A stretch of DNA of 55,163 nucleotides, the filler included, from Sphacelaria rigidula (Eukaryota): the NCBI GenBank assembly GCA_964200075.2. It is 5 parts of 5 records of this genome, joined end to end, with 100 filler letters (N's around TTAATTAATTAA, not from the genome) between each part and the next. Parts side by side here need not be neighbours in the genome. Positions count along the whole stretch, not along the records: positions 22,107 to 33,059 come from CAXNAA020005627.1; positions 33,160 to 44,111 come from CAXNAA020005628.1; 3 more parts are not named here. One strand, given 5' to 3'. The stretch's first letter is position 1; each line of letters begins with the position of its first letter. A program made the position numbers and the translations under genes. Below are positions 23,503-36,500 of the stretch, piece by piece. Below the pieces are notes generated by a model. It had not been told where the DNA came from and did no database searches. It saw nothing but the letters and a program-made list of their open reading frames with translations.

Positions 23503-26500
23503 GGCTGGAGAAAAATCTGGACAAAAGCACCACTGCAACATATCCTGCCGTACTCGGGGAAACGACATCATCATTGTACGGTGGAGAAAAGGACAAAGCG
23601 AGCGATAATATCGCCACTGCCGCCGCCGCGGCCGCGGCCGACGTAGAGCAAATGTCCGAGGATGAGTTTTACCGGGTAGCGGTGGAGAAGATCATGGAGC
23701 GCGAACGTATGGTCGGCGGGGTTGATAGTGGGTCGAAGAGCTTGATCTTGGATAAACACGGCGGCGTGCTGACGGTTGAAGACGATGTTCAAGTTAAAGC
23801 GCGTATCAGTACGAGAGAGCGGGATGCAGATGCCGACAGCAATGGTCGACAGCCCGGGGAAACGCGGACAGAAGTCCGACGCGGGAACAACGCCTCCACA
23901 TTCTCCACAGCCGCCGTTCACTTGCCTCGATTTGACAGGCCATCTCCGGTGGGGGTCGACCAGGGCATACCCTCCGATGAACGTCGATATCCCAGAGCCG
24001 GGAACAACGGCAGGGAGGGCGCAGCAGCTGGGGTGGTCGGTGAAACAAGACGGTGGTCGTCGCTCGACGCCGCAGCGCCTTTGGGGTCAACTAGCCGTGC
24101 CTCGCCGACTAGTGGCGGCGGACAGCAACGATATAACGGTTTTTACGGTGTACACAGAGCGACAGTGGCTCCGCGACCACGCCGCCGTCGATGTTCGAGA
24201 GCTAAGCCAGCGAACGGCGAGTATGTTGGTGTTGCCAATGGGAGAGGGCGGCGTGGTGTATCGTCCTTGCGTCACCGCGGCGGCGTCCCGCTTCCATGGG
24301 ATGATAGTCCCACCTGGAGAGCACCGCATGGCAATAGTATGAGACGGGCTCTGCGTGGCCGGAGAAGGGGACCCAGCGCCGCCGCTGCCGCCGATGCTGC
24401 TGCCGCTGCTGCCGTTGGGTCGGAGTTGCCCCAACCCTCAATGTCGTCGTCCTCGTCCCTGTCGTTGCCCTGGGACGAGATGGGTAGGGCAAAGAGCGTA
24501 GATGAGGGAGAAAAGACGGGTTGGGGACAAGGCAAGATGGACAGCCGTACCCCGGTTGATAAAGCAGGTCTCACCGTGTTATCGACGCGGACAAAAGATA
24601 AAAACGCAGCATTCGGAAGCGATAATCGATGTAAGAGTCTACTGTCCCTATACGAAGCGCAGTCAGTGGAGCAATACTACGCGGACATTGTGGGAGATGG
24701 GAACATCGGTAGTGCCGGAGCGGAAAATTTGGGAGTGGAAGATAACGGCTGGCACGCGCAGGGAGCAAGAGCGGAGAGCAAGGTGCCACCACCGGCCGCG
24801 CCGTCTGTAGGTGTCAGGGGATTTCGTCTGGAAACAAAGTTGAGCGGTGGCAACCCCGAGAGGCAGGTGACAGGCGAAGTTGGGAGTATCGACAAGGGTG
24901 GTAACGTTGGACCGGACACCTTAGACGACGAGCCTTCCGTACAAGGGCGGGGGGTAGCGGAACGGCAGGACGGTGCAGTACGAGAGAGAGGGGTAGGGGA
25001 GTCATCCTTGAACTCGGGTGACGGAGGGTACAAAACGTTCGGTTTCAAGCGAAATTCCGTTGACTTCAACCGCAGCGGCACGGCGGTTGCTCGGAACGGC
25101 ACGACTGCTTCTGCTGTAGCCACTGCTACCACCGGTGTGCAAGGTGGGTGAAGCGACCACAAATTTCGGGGGTTGCACACGAACTCCATACCTTTGGCGG
25201 CAGGTGATCGGTGGGGACACTGAAGGGGCCCATGGGGTAGTTGTTGCACGAGAAGGGGGAAGCAAGGAATATCCATTTTAAAACGGCCCTGGAATTGCGA
25301 TAACAATCCCTCTGCCCTTGTTCAAGTAGGTTTTGTTCTTTTGTTAGATTCCCAAGTTTGACCGGCCTTTGAGCAAACCACCATTTCTTTCTCAGCGCTT
25401 CGTTTTCCTCCCACGCCCCATTTTTCCCCACGCGGAGTGCCGTGGTGTCACTTCTGTACTTGATGATATCATGTTTTCCCAAACCATTTTGCGGGTGTAC
25501 CGATTGGGCATCATACCCCGTGTGCGCAGTTCCCCGGGCGAAGCGATTAATTTCTCCGTCCCTTTCGACTTTTGTTGATCGACTTGTGCTGGAACCCTCC
25601 CAGAGCCACCGACAGCGGGGCTTGAAAACGGGCACGAGTCCGACGGGAGATTCAGCCTCTGGAGTAGCACGGAAGACGACGAGACCCCGCGGAAAAGACA
25701 CGTCTTGGAAGAATATGGCATGGATGCATCGAGTCGTAATGGTAGTGCTCCGCTAGACCGACAGAATTCTGCATCGCATGAGCCAGTGGACCTTGTGTAC
25801 GATCGCTTGGGGCAGCTTGGAAGTGAACCGGGAGAGAGTGGCGAGATGGGGGAGGACAGCGGTCGGGATTTCCAGTGTGCAGGAAAACCGCGCACGTTCT
25901 TCCATGCCGCCACAAGCTCCGCGGACAAGGTGGCGCATGCGCAAACACGCCTAAGCCGAAACACTACGTGCAGCATATGATATTTTTTGCGCTGCTTATC
26001 CTTGCAGCGCTATCCTTTGGTCGAGATCCTTGAGCAATGCGATTGATGAACATAGCCGGAAACGACCAGGTGGTCTCTTGGATTGGACGGGAGGGGGGGT
26101 GTACTCATGATGGGGGGGGGGGGATGAGACGCGTTTTGCTACTCTTTTTCGTCGTTCCTTCTCCTGTTGTGTGTTTCCCCCATTTTCCCCGTAGTACGGA
26201 ACATTTTTCTCATCGGGGATACGAATGTCGCCTGGATCTCACAATTTGGGGGGCAAGATCTCAGACTCTTCGAAATGAGGCATGGCTCGTTCTCGTGGCG
26301 GCCCGTCGACGATTTCCCGACCACGAAGACATCCAAAACAGCAATATCCGACTTCCTTTCCCCCCTACCTATTCAATTCTGCGCCGACCTCGACAGTATA
26401 CTGTATACACTCTTCCATTTTTCCGTCAACCCACCGACCGTAACCGACCGGACTCGATGCGGCGTGTTCTGCTTGACTTGTGTGGCGTGTAGGGCCGTTT

Positions 26501-27525
26501 CCGCCTGCGAGATCCACGGCTGTTCGACCCGTGCAGCATGCGCCGAAACGTCGGCGGCACAGCAGGAACTTCGCTGACCCCGGGGGTCACTCTGCTGTTG
26601 GGATGCCGGTCGAGCGCGCGGGGAGAGGAGCATAAGCGGCAGGAGCAGGCAAGTCGTGCACAACAAAGTGTAGTCTCAAATCAGAGTATATGCTTGTTTT
26701 GCGACCATTGTCTATTCCAAGGGGGGGAACCCACGTAAAATACGCGCATTCATATTCTTCTTTCCCCTCTCTTGATTTTTCTTCCGCAAGCGTTTCCGAT
26801 TATCCTCCTTGGTTAGGCCTATAATTTGAGCATGGCTAGCCTCGTAGCGGGTCACGTACTGTGTTACGCGACAATCGACTGATCAATCGACGCACATGCC
26901 TGCTTCCGGTCAACGTCTGATGGATCAGGAGTACCGGTAAAATTTGTAGGAGCTACATGACCGCGTGTTTTTTATTGACACTTGTTGACACGTCGGGAGA
27001 GTGGTCAGGCAAAGAGAGCCAGGTAACAGGCCGACGCAGGCGCGTTTCGTTCGTCATTCAATAGTCTACCGAGGTTGTGTCTGTGTCCAGTACTTTTCGG
27101 GGGTGATTTTGAACGGCTGTCTGTCCCAAATTGCTCCCCCATCGTTGAGAGGGCTGACCACATCTTGACCATCTACTTTCGTCTTGACCATGCTCTGTGA
27201 AACAAATCTGAATCTCTGGTCATTTCCCTCGTCTGGTGATAGTCGCCGTATCTGTTTGGTTCAACACTTTCGAGGGATGGTTTAGCGGCGCAAAGGCGGG
27301 GTTCAGGCTAGCGTTACTTGCGCTGATACGAGTACTGCGCGCTTCAACACGTTTGCATGTTGACTTCGTGTGAATGCTCCCTTCTCCTTCCCGCTACCCG
27401 GTCTCTCACTGGCGCTTTACCAGGTGATCACCGTGATGTTCGATCGCTCCAAGTTCAATGAAGACGAGGCGCGTCGGTGGTGGGAACAAAACCGTTCGTA
27501 CATCGACCCCGGGGACGGCGTATAG
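23503..27525 (+). CDS. Spliced gene (5' incomplete): long disordered region plus a small C-terminal globular domain. Exons 23503-25143, 25604-25929, 26493-26648, 27424-27525
   Basis: Phase-consistent junctions (1, 0, 0); the third intron uses an AG|GCAAGT donor. Spliced C-terminus GRFRLRDPRLFDPCSMRR...PGVTLLLG...EQ|VITVMFDRSKFNEDEARRWWEQNR; TAG at 27523-27525. Confidence 0.75.
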
Positions 27526-27884
27526 CAGCCGCAATGATCCAAGCCGTCGCTATCAGAGCAGTTCTTGCATCAGTAATGAAGAATAACGATGAAAGAATGA
27601 TGACTAGCTGGCGTCTGAATCTCACTGCTAGGTAGTCTGCACGTCTCATGATCAAGCATGTCTACCGAGACACGACTAATCTATTCCGTGTACTTGTTGA
27701 ATTCCAGAATGCACACATGCCCGTCGTCTTCCTCGGTGATGTGCGTCGGGGTCTATAGTTGGTTGGACTGATTGGCCGTCTCACATCGTTGGCTGATCTG
27801 CCGCGAAATTAGCCAAAGTCCGAAGATAGATATCTGAGGCGACTGAACGAAAACAGTGACTGCGAACAAAACACTATCTAAAAC

Positions 27885-28286
27885 TAGAGCTCGGAAATGG
27901 TTTGTCTAACCATCAACCAGTTGAATGGTTACGCGTAGCGCACTCATTAACCAGTAAAATACCACAGAATGGTTTGGTTATCAAGCGGCGTAGCCGCGAG
28001 CAAAAAAGTCCCCCCCCCCCCCCCCCCCCCCCCACCCCCGGGCCGCCCCCGGGGCGGCGGGCCGAGCACCCTGGCCCGTCCACCTGCGCAGACGGACCAA
28101 AAAAAAAANNNNNNNNNNGTTTTGGTTCAAACGAGGGGGACCCCAAGAAAAAAAACCCCCCCCCCCCCCCCCCCTTGGCAGAGGGGGCCCCGCTGGAGAT
28201 GGCGTGCCGGAGACACGTTTTTATACGATTTGGCTTCACGATAAATACAAAATACGTTAACTTTAGGGCAATTTTCAAGGGTTGTA

Positions 28287-28360
<74 letters not shown>

Positions 28361-28387
28361 ATGATGATGATGATGATGATGATGATG

Positions 28388-28422
<35 letters not shown>

Positions 28423-28695
28423 GTTGTTGTCTTCACATTCAAAACCATTCCGATATCTGCGCGGTACATTCGTACTGGGCATCTGATGCGGACGCCTTCC
28501 GTGGTCACAGGCTAGCAAAAAAACAATAAAACAAAAGAACAAAATAGACCCAGATTGTATGTAGCAGACGTAATACGTAGCGGGTAACGGTAAATAATGG
28601 TTTTAAACCATTATCGAAATTTTTCATATAACTATTACCATTATTATCTTGTAATGGTCATGGCCAGTTATAACTGGTGGCATTTCCGAGCTCTG
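27885..28695. mobile_element. hAT-type MITE (same family as 6791-7204) expanded by microsatellites
   Basis: TIR TAGAGCTCGGAAATG / CATTTCCGAGCTCTG; 8-bp TSD TCTAAAAC / TGTAAAAC; internal (GTT)n(GAT)n at ~28287-28430; 10-N gap at 28109-28118. Confidence 0.88.
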
Positions 28696-29590
28696 TGTAA
28701 AACTGCTTCAAAAACATACTGCAGAAGATCAACACTAGGCTCACGCGATATGGTGATATAATCAATTTCCGGATAATGCATCGCCCCCATCGCCCATGTC
28801 TTCCAGATGCATGCATATGTAAATTTATATATACAAGGTTTCCCTCCGGGAGGTTGGTACGGGCCTCCCGGGGATGACGCAAGTCGAAATATATTTTGTC
28901 AAGTTTTCCACGATCTTGAAGGGGCTTTTGTGATTCAAGATCTACACCCCGCAAAAAAGGGCCAGTTTAAGCAACTTTCGGTGGCCAAAACACGCGCCAC
29001 AGATACCAGATGACGCCCAAACCTGAACGGTAATGTACCGCTGAGCCTTCTCAGTGCGCTGCAAAAGAAAGCGTTGGAAAGAATGCCTTGCAGCAAGAGA
29101 AAACTCGGCAAAAGCGGTGAAACATGTGAAATGATGCATGTACATGATATACATTGCGCGTAAAAGTACTGACAGCGCTTGCACGGCCGTACCTCCTGAA
29201 GCAAGTATACCTCTAGCTCTACAGGCGATACCAAGATACGTACCGCATAGAATGGCATCATCCAGAGTGTGCCCAATACGGATCGATGCTTGTTTGCTGG
29301 GGCAGGAGCCACCCAGCAGGTCATGATGTGGAAGTGAGAGCATCTGCGTGTCCACATATGCATTCACTGACGTCTCACACAGTCTGGGTCGAGGGGGCTC
29401 CGTTTCGATGGCGCATCGATGGCATTGCCCAAAACCCGTGTCCGCTTCGCGCGTCTGGCGCACCACGTAAAACGTGCCGCCGATCCGGGAATATGCTGTC
29501 TGTGTTGTGGTCTGCCTCTGTGCCAAGTTTCAGGCTGCTTCGTTCAGACACGGCGGAGAAATCCACAAGCGAAGTAACGCTTGACTTGTA

Positions 29591-30110
29591 CTGAAAGTAC
29601 CAAGGTTTTGTTCAGTAACGTACGGTTTCCTGTATACCCGGGGTATTTTTCTGGGTATGTACCGTAACCGACAGTTCTGTGACTTCTGTAAGACTTTCAT
29701 ACCGGTACCCAACAGTTCTGTAATCTCTGTAAGCCTTTCATACCCTTACCCGATAGTTCTGTAAGTTTTGTACAATACATTTGCCCGAATCCGAGGGGCG
29801 GGTATACCCGAAAAGAGTTACCCGATTGCCAGTACCGGTTCTCTGTGAACTCCCATACCGTACCCGACAAGTTTTGTAAAGTCTGTAACACTTTCATACC
29901 GGTGCCCGACAGTTCTGTAAGCTTTGTACATATCATTCACCCGAACCCGAGGGGCGGGTATACCCAAAAAGAGTTACCCGATTACCGGTACCGGTTCTTT
30001 GTAAGCCTCCAGTACCGTTCCCGACAAGTTCTGTAAAGTCTGTAACACTTTCATACCGGTACCCAATAGATGTGTAAACTCTGTGAGACTTCCATACCGG
30101 TACCCGACAG
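29591..30110. repeat. Hierarchical tandem repeat (~38-bp subunits within ~156-bp units), probably a subterminal array of a DNA transposon
   Basis: Recurrent GTACCCGACAGTTCTGTAA...ACTTTCATACCG; CCCGAAYCCGAGGGGCGGGTATACCC at ~29784 and ~29940; possible partner TIR CCTTGGTAGACCCTA at 30449-30463. Confidence 0.85.
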
Positions 30111-33059
30111 TTATGGGCGCGCCTGACCCCCCAAACTGGGCAAAAAAAGTGTCACCGACCAAAGCCACGAAAAGACACGAACAGACCGACTTTTGGGGCA
30201 TATTCAGGCTCGTCGGGTAAAATATGCCTAACCTCATCGGAAGAGAACGACATGGATCCAAAATTCATATAGAGAACCCTACCGTTACTTCCGTCGTTGT
30301 TCCACATATGTTGCATGCCACTACGTAGCTTTTCGTCCATGCTTGCGATACGCTGGAATGCCAGGGGGCTAGTTGGGTTGATCCAACCCAACGCACACCG
30401 AAAACCCTTGGGCAAGGGCAGTACATACACTCTCTGAACAAAGTGAGGCCTTGGTAGACCCTAAATCTGCGCCTGTGGCGCCGATTTAAACGAAAACACG
30501 TTCTGCTCATACGAGGAGACCACGGGACTGTCAGTGCTACTTGAATAATATAAACGCATCAAATGCCACTGGTTCCGATTCATTACCGGCCCAGCCGTTG
30601 GTATGTTCACCCAGAACGAACCAACAGACGTAACCAACTGGTCGGGGAAAATGGTTGAAATTGTAATGTACTCGATTTAGTGTTAGTCGGGGCGATGGAT
30701 GAAACGATCAACAGATACAGGTGAGCAGGTGTGAGCAGGAGACCCAGCTCGTCCAGAACGTGTTTTGTTCCAAAATCGGGTGATAGGCGTCAATTTGAGC
30801 TCTATCAACGCACACTTTCTTCGGGGAATACTCTGCACCCCCTTGCCCGAGTGTTCTGCATAGTGTGTCAACCATTTTTTCCGACCAGTTGATAAAGAGG
30901 CCTCGAACGTCAATCTGATGATGGGGTCAAGCCGTGTCTTATCAAATTGTTTTTGACTCGAAAACGTGCGGTCGAATCGAATTCGCTCATTATTGATTCG
31001 TTCACGCTGAATATTTTCGTAGATGGTTGAGAACATCCATGTCGAGGACGTACCAGACACGAGCAGATTCGATTCCACCGTACGTTCTCTCTCTCTCATG
31101 CACACGGAACCCGCCCAAAAATCGCATCACGTTTTAAAAAAACCGAGGTGTGGTGATCTATCAACCCATCCATGAATCAGTAGGTCAAAGGCTGCAAATT
31201 TACCGTAAAAAAAGACAACATTTCGGACCTGTCCATCAACACCTCTATCCCAGAAATAGAGCTGTTCGTTCTATCTTGCTGTTGTAGCTGTCATAACCTC
31301 CTCGGAGCCAGAGATTACTGTTGGTTGACCGTTTTCCGACTGCTCCGCGTGTCATTTTCCAACGAGCCAGATTTCGCGCAGAGAGATGCACGCCCCCGCT
31401 CGAACCACTTGCTCCCGGACACCTACTAACCCTCTGCGCAGCATCTTTCAAAACCGGTGAGTGTCATATTTCGGACAAATGAAGGTAACAGTCCAACAAT
31501 GTTACTCTTTTGATTGACGGATGAAGATCGCGCCGTGTTGCACAACACGGAGGGGAGAGCGGATCATGCTGTGCCCGTCGCGTGCGGAGTGATCCGTTCG
31601 ACTGAACCACGGGCACCCATCTGCACGGTATTGATTAGTGTTGGCTCGCCGGTGTTGGCACAACGAGAACGAAATACAAGAGGTATGTGAGACTGCGGAC
31701 TGCGGGAGGGTCTTTGATACACCGGCCAGTCACCACTTCATCGATAAGTGATGTGTGCAGTTTAGCAGAGATGGCGCACTGGGTACCGTGTGCGTGAGTG
31801 AGATACGTGAATTTTTCGAAATCAGCGGCTGCATACTCGTCGGATCAACGAGTAACGTCCACAGTACGGTCCCGCATCTCCCACGATGTCCTGTATGTTT
31901 TTACCGCAGGCGACGCAAGCGCGAGATGTAATGGATTCCACACGGGGAAGGCACGGCCTCAGCGATCGCTTGTGCGGACCGCTCATGGGCATCATGCACT
32001 CTACAGGTGATGATGGCGCATGTCACTACACAGTTCTGTCGTGTGCTGCAGTATGTCGAAGTGGTTTGATCTGCGTAGAGGATTGTGTCGTGTGCTGTGG
32101 TGCTGTTTTTGTGTCCGCTCCTGCACAAATGAAAGAAATCACACCCTGCTCAATCGGAGCCAGCACATCCAACGCGGAATACAGTCGGTAGTACAGCAGT
32201 ATAATGATGTCGCACTCTCTCATATCTCTCGCTACTCGTCGCTTGGTCTAGTCTGCGTGACTTCCCACTGCCAGCTCGAGCATAAAAGACACTGCTCTGT
32301 GTTGATAATTTCAAAGCTCAAAAATATTATGGGTCCCTCACCCCCCATTTATGTATTTATGGTGCACACCAAGCAAGTATAACGGGAAAAGAGCTGCCGC
32401 TCCCTGTACCAAGAGAGGCACGGAAAACCCAAGGTAGAGGGAGTGACGTGTATCAAAACAGACATCATGGCGACGATATATATGTGCGTGTGTATGTTGG
32501 TTGTGTTGACTGTTTCGGTACCACCATCTATGAGCACACCACGTATCTACAGAAAAATTGAGTCATGACCTACTCGTATAGACAGGAGGGTACAGTCAAT
32601 TTGAATGTGGGTACACGAAAGCGCAACTGAAACACGGAGCATTGTACAACGCTATACAGAGAGTACAGCGTAGTGTCTCGATACTACGTTCCCCCCTCCC
32701 GCTGCATTTCTTCCTTCGTCGATCAGCATCACTGAAGGATAACATTCTGCCAAACTCGTAGGTAGAGTGAGCCCTCTCCACGGTCACAGCCGTTGATTTT
32801 TGAAGCCCTTGACCGCTAGGGTGGGAATTTTCGAAGTGAAATGATGCCGATGAAAGAGAGGACCCAGCATTGGGGTGACGGTTCTCCATGTTCTTTCGAA
32901 GAGCGGGCGGATGCCGTGGATACGTTACGATGCAGATACTTGTTTCTGTTCCGATTGTGTCCCATGCTTGATAATCGATGCTTCATACCGAGAGTACTCA
33001 AAACAAAACCTCCGAGACCCCATGTACCTTCCCCCCCCCCCCCCCCCCTCCGCACGTGC

Positions 33060-33159
33060 NNNNNNNNNNNNNNNNNNNNNNNNNNNNNNNNNNNNNNNNN
33101 NNNTTAATTAATTAANNNNNNNNNNNNNNNNNNNNNNNNNNNNNNNNNNNNNNNNNNNN
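33060..33159. other. Artificial contig linker
   Basis: Same N44-TTAATTAATTAA-N44 structure. Confidence 0.98.
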
Positions 33160-33236
33160 GCGGTGTGGGGGGGGGAGCGCGGCTGGTGGGTGGGTGCGTT
33201 CGTGCGGGGGGGGCGGGGGGGGGGGGGGGGGGGGGT

Positions 33237-33274
<38 letters not shown>

Positions 33275-33531
33275 CGTGTACGCATGAGTGTGCTCTCCGT
33301 CGTCATGACACCATCGATCACCTCGCGAGAGGGGGGAGGGGATCAATCTTGGTTGATGGCACGAGGCAGCACAGGTGTGTGTGTGGGGCTGGGGAGGTGG
33401 TAGTGGTGGGGGAGGAAAATGAGGATTGGGGCAGGAGTAAGTGGTTTCCCGCTGGTGATGTTTGAGAAGAATACTACAAATGGGTTTCCTCTTCAGAGTC
33501 AGGTGGTGGTCAGCATCGTGATGAGCATTTT

Positions 33532-36500
33532 CTAGGAATGCATCGGGTAATGACTGGATCGGATATCTCCCGCGGTATCATCAAGAAAATCGAGAATGTG
33601 CGATACATGGTGCCTGTCCACGCTAGGCCTGGGCGTGGTCGGAGTGACAACGAGAACCCTTGACTTGGTAAGCCTGTCCACGCACCAACCCCCTCCCCCC
33701 CAAGTATGGTGTCTCCGGGAAGAAAACAACACAAATCCAAGGATAAACGTCGATTTTCCATCCACGCGAAGTAGCATCCAGCACGTTGTCGAGATTCGCC
33801 GTGTGTGCGTGCGGTGTCCTTGTGCCCGTGTTTTCTCACCGGTGCAATGGGGAGCCAGTGGCCCAGTCGATCCCTTCGTGCATCACCAGCAACGTCTTGA
33901 GCAGTACGGCATCGCGGGGCGTTGGACCTCCAACGGCTGCAATGAAGCTGCGAACGTGCTCGAGGGGCATGATGTGCTCCCCAAGCTCGCGAAGGTCCTG
34001 CGGGCAAAAAATAAAAAAAGCGTGCTTTCACGAGGTGCACAAGAAGCAAAGTACGGACTTCTGGTGTTGTGTGTTTTGTGCTTTCCCCCACAATTTGTTT
34101 TTGAAGGGGGCGGGGCTACAGTGGGGTTTTCACGCCGAAGCATAATAAGGTATTTTGAGGTTGCAGACGAGGTCACGTGGGTGATCCGACGGGAGACAGA
34201 GTCAGCATGTATATTACAACCACGCGGGAATGCGCGAGGCTTAACTGCCCGTGTTGATTCTGGTGTGTGGACGGGGGGCAGTGGCTCGCAGTCGAGCATC
34301 TTCTGTGCTTCAGGTCGTTCATCACGATCCTCCACCTGGGTTGAGACTGCGACACTAGAGGGTGGTGAAAATGGGTAGACCGACCGCTTAAGATCACTTA
34401 GAATATAACTATTTTGATCCACCAGTACTCGAAAGAAAACGCGTGTTACTTCGTTCTGTCATAATTTGTAACCCCAACCCCCTCGTCAGGACAAGTCCGG
34501 AGTTTTACGGGGTCAATCAGCCCCTCATCTGGTACCGGTTCTGTGCTCTATCACCGAGCGCGTTCGATCAGAACTCCCGTACACGCCTTGAACCTCCACG
34601 TGATTGTTTCGCCAGCTCCCGTCTTGAAGTCTGCCGGACGATGGAAACCTGGAAAAACACTGTACAGTCGAGAGTCGGGCTTGCAACATCTACCCAAGCC
34701 AATGCTGATGTACACTGTCGACCACCGGGACATGGTGGATTATGACCTATATTTAAGCCATTGATGCATTCCTTGTGTCAAACAAAACGGACTCTCATTA
34801 CACTACGATCCTTCCCCGTTTGATATGTCACGAACATGTGACGCTCGTTTTGTTTTTGACCTACACATGTACCATTACCATTCCGTTCAGGTTATCGTTT
34901 TTGTCTGTGCAACATAGAAACTGCACAAGAAATCCGCATAACAAACGACGAGGGCACGGTGCATCGTCTCTTGCCTTCACTGACTCCGCCGTCGCCGGTT
35001 GGGTCGCAGGGGAAGGAGTGCGTGTGACGGCGCATAGCTTCTCCGCCCAAAAGTCCAGAAGGTGACCCAACAGTTCCCAGACGTCTCCCACACGGGGACA
35101 TCTCGATTCGTCTCCTCTCGATCCAGTGTATCGCTCGCGAGGAACCGGGGCTCCGTTAAGGAACCATTCTTCCAACCACGCAGGCCTGAATTTTGGCGGG
35201 AGGTCGGGAGCACCCCAGGGCAGAACCTTCAGGTGTTAAAGACGTCCGAGAACGTCCGGCCTGTTCGTCAAGTGGACATTTGATCTCCGATCTACTGGGC
35301 GGTCTCTGGTTCAGTGGTCAAATCTCTGTCTCATGAATACTTGGTGTGATGTGTGTGTGTGTGTGTGTGTGATCCATCCCGCCATGACACCTTCGAGATA
35401 TCCGGAGCACGCTAGCCCCAGCAAGCCTATCCGTTCAAGGTCCGAATTCCGCTTTCAAACGACTACGGGGGGAATCGGAGCCACATGTCTTTTGTTCACG
35501 AAGACGATAGTCGGCCACGCGTCATGAGCATGGTATACATCGTAATAGACGTCAGAGAAAAAGGAGAAAATGGCACAGAAGAGGATGTTAGGCACTAAAA
35601 GATGCAAGGGATTACCGGAAGAACAATCTGGCCAATGACGCCGAGGGTAGCTTGCTCGACACGAAGTATCTCGTGCATTTGGAAATAGCCCACCGGCCAT
35701 GATACAACACCGCCTTTCAACAGAAACACACTGGGCTAGGATGAGCGCCGGGTCGAGGGCTAGGGCTAGAGATGGGAGAATTCGAGGCCGAACAGGAGCC
35801 GAATCCGTGCGCGACAAAACGCGAAAAAGAACACCTGTGGTTGGCAAAAGATGCAGCAGAAGTGACCCCCGTCCATCTCTTGAACAGCAATCTGCGAATG
35901 CCTAAGCAGGTGAGGTACTTGAACAGGGCAATCTCCACATCGCTCGTATTCGAGGGATGGCGGCGCCCGTTAAGGGGAACGCCGTCAGATCCAGAGCCGC
36001 CTGCGAACTCCCTAGGTGAGGGTGTCTCGAAGTGGCGCTCTACGAGGGCAAGAGTGCCTTCGGATTGGGGGCTTTCCACGACAGGAGCCTCTGCGTCGAA
36101 CCCCTGCGCTAATCGCCAAACGCAGGGATGTGTGGTACCGTGGAGCAGCGGGACGGGGAGGCGGCGGGGGGGAATGAGCATACGCTTTGGGAGTGACTAC
36201 ACTCCTTTGAGATATGCATGACAAACTGATCAATGTTGATGGGCGAGTCTGCGCGGTAAGAGATCGGATCAAGGTACCGTCGTAAAAGTGGTACCGAAGA
36301 TCTCCGTACGTTCGGCGAATGGACGCTGCAACAAGCGAAGCTCCTCCCTGCCCGCCTGCTTCCAGAGAAAATGATTCAAGTAACGATACTGCAGGGGTCA
36401 ACAGTGTTTCGGTTCGCCGACTCCGCTTCTTTCGCAAGCGTGCTCGAAATAATCACGTCCTGCATGCTTTCCCGTTTTTGGAGTGGGCGAATAGGCGTGC

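Noticed and set aside
27902-28542. Poly-L/N/V ORFs in the track
   Set aside because: Artefacts of microsatellites and homopolymers inside a MITE
31280-32010. Exon-like segments with GTGAGT/CAG sites
   Set aside because: No consistent frame or recognisable product
33160-33275. Poly-G tract as a functional G-quadruplex or poly-Pro/Gly ORF
   Set aside because: Lies at a contig edge where homopolymer sequencing errors are likely
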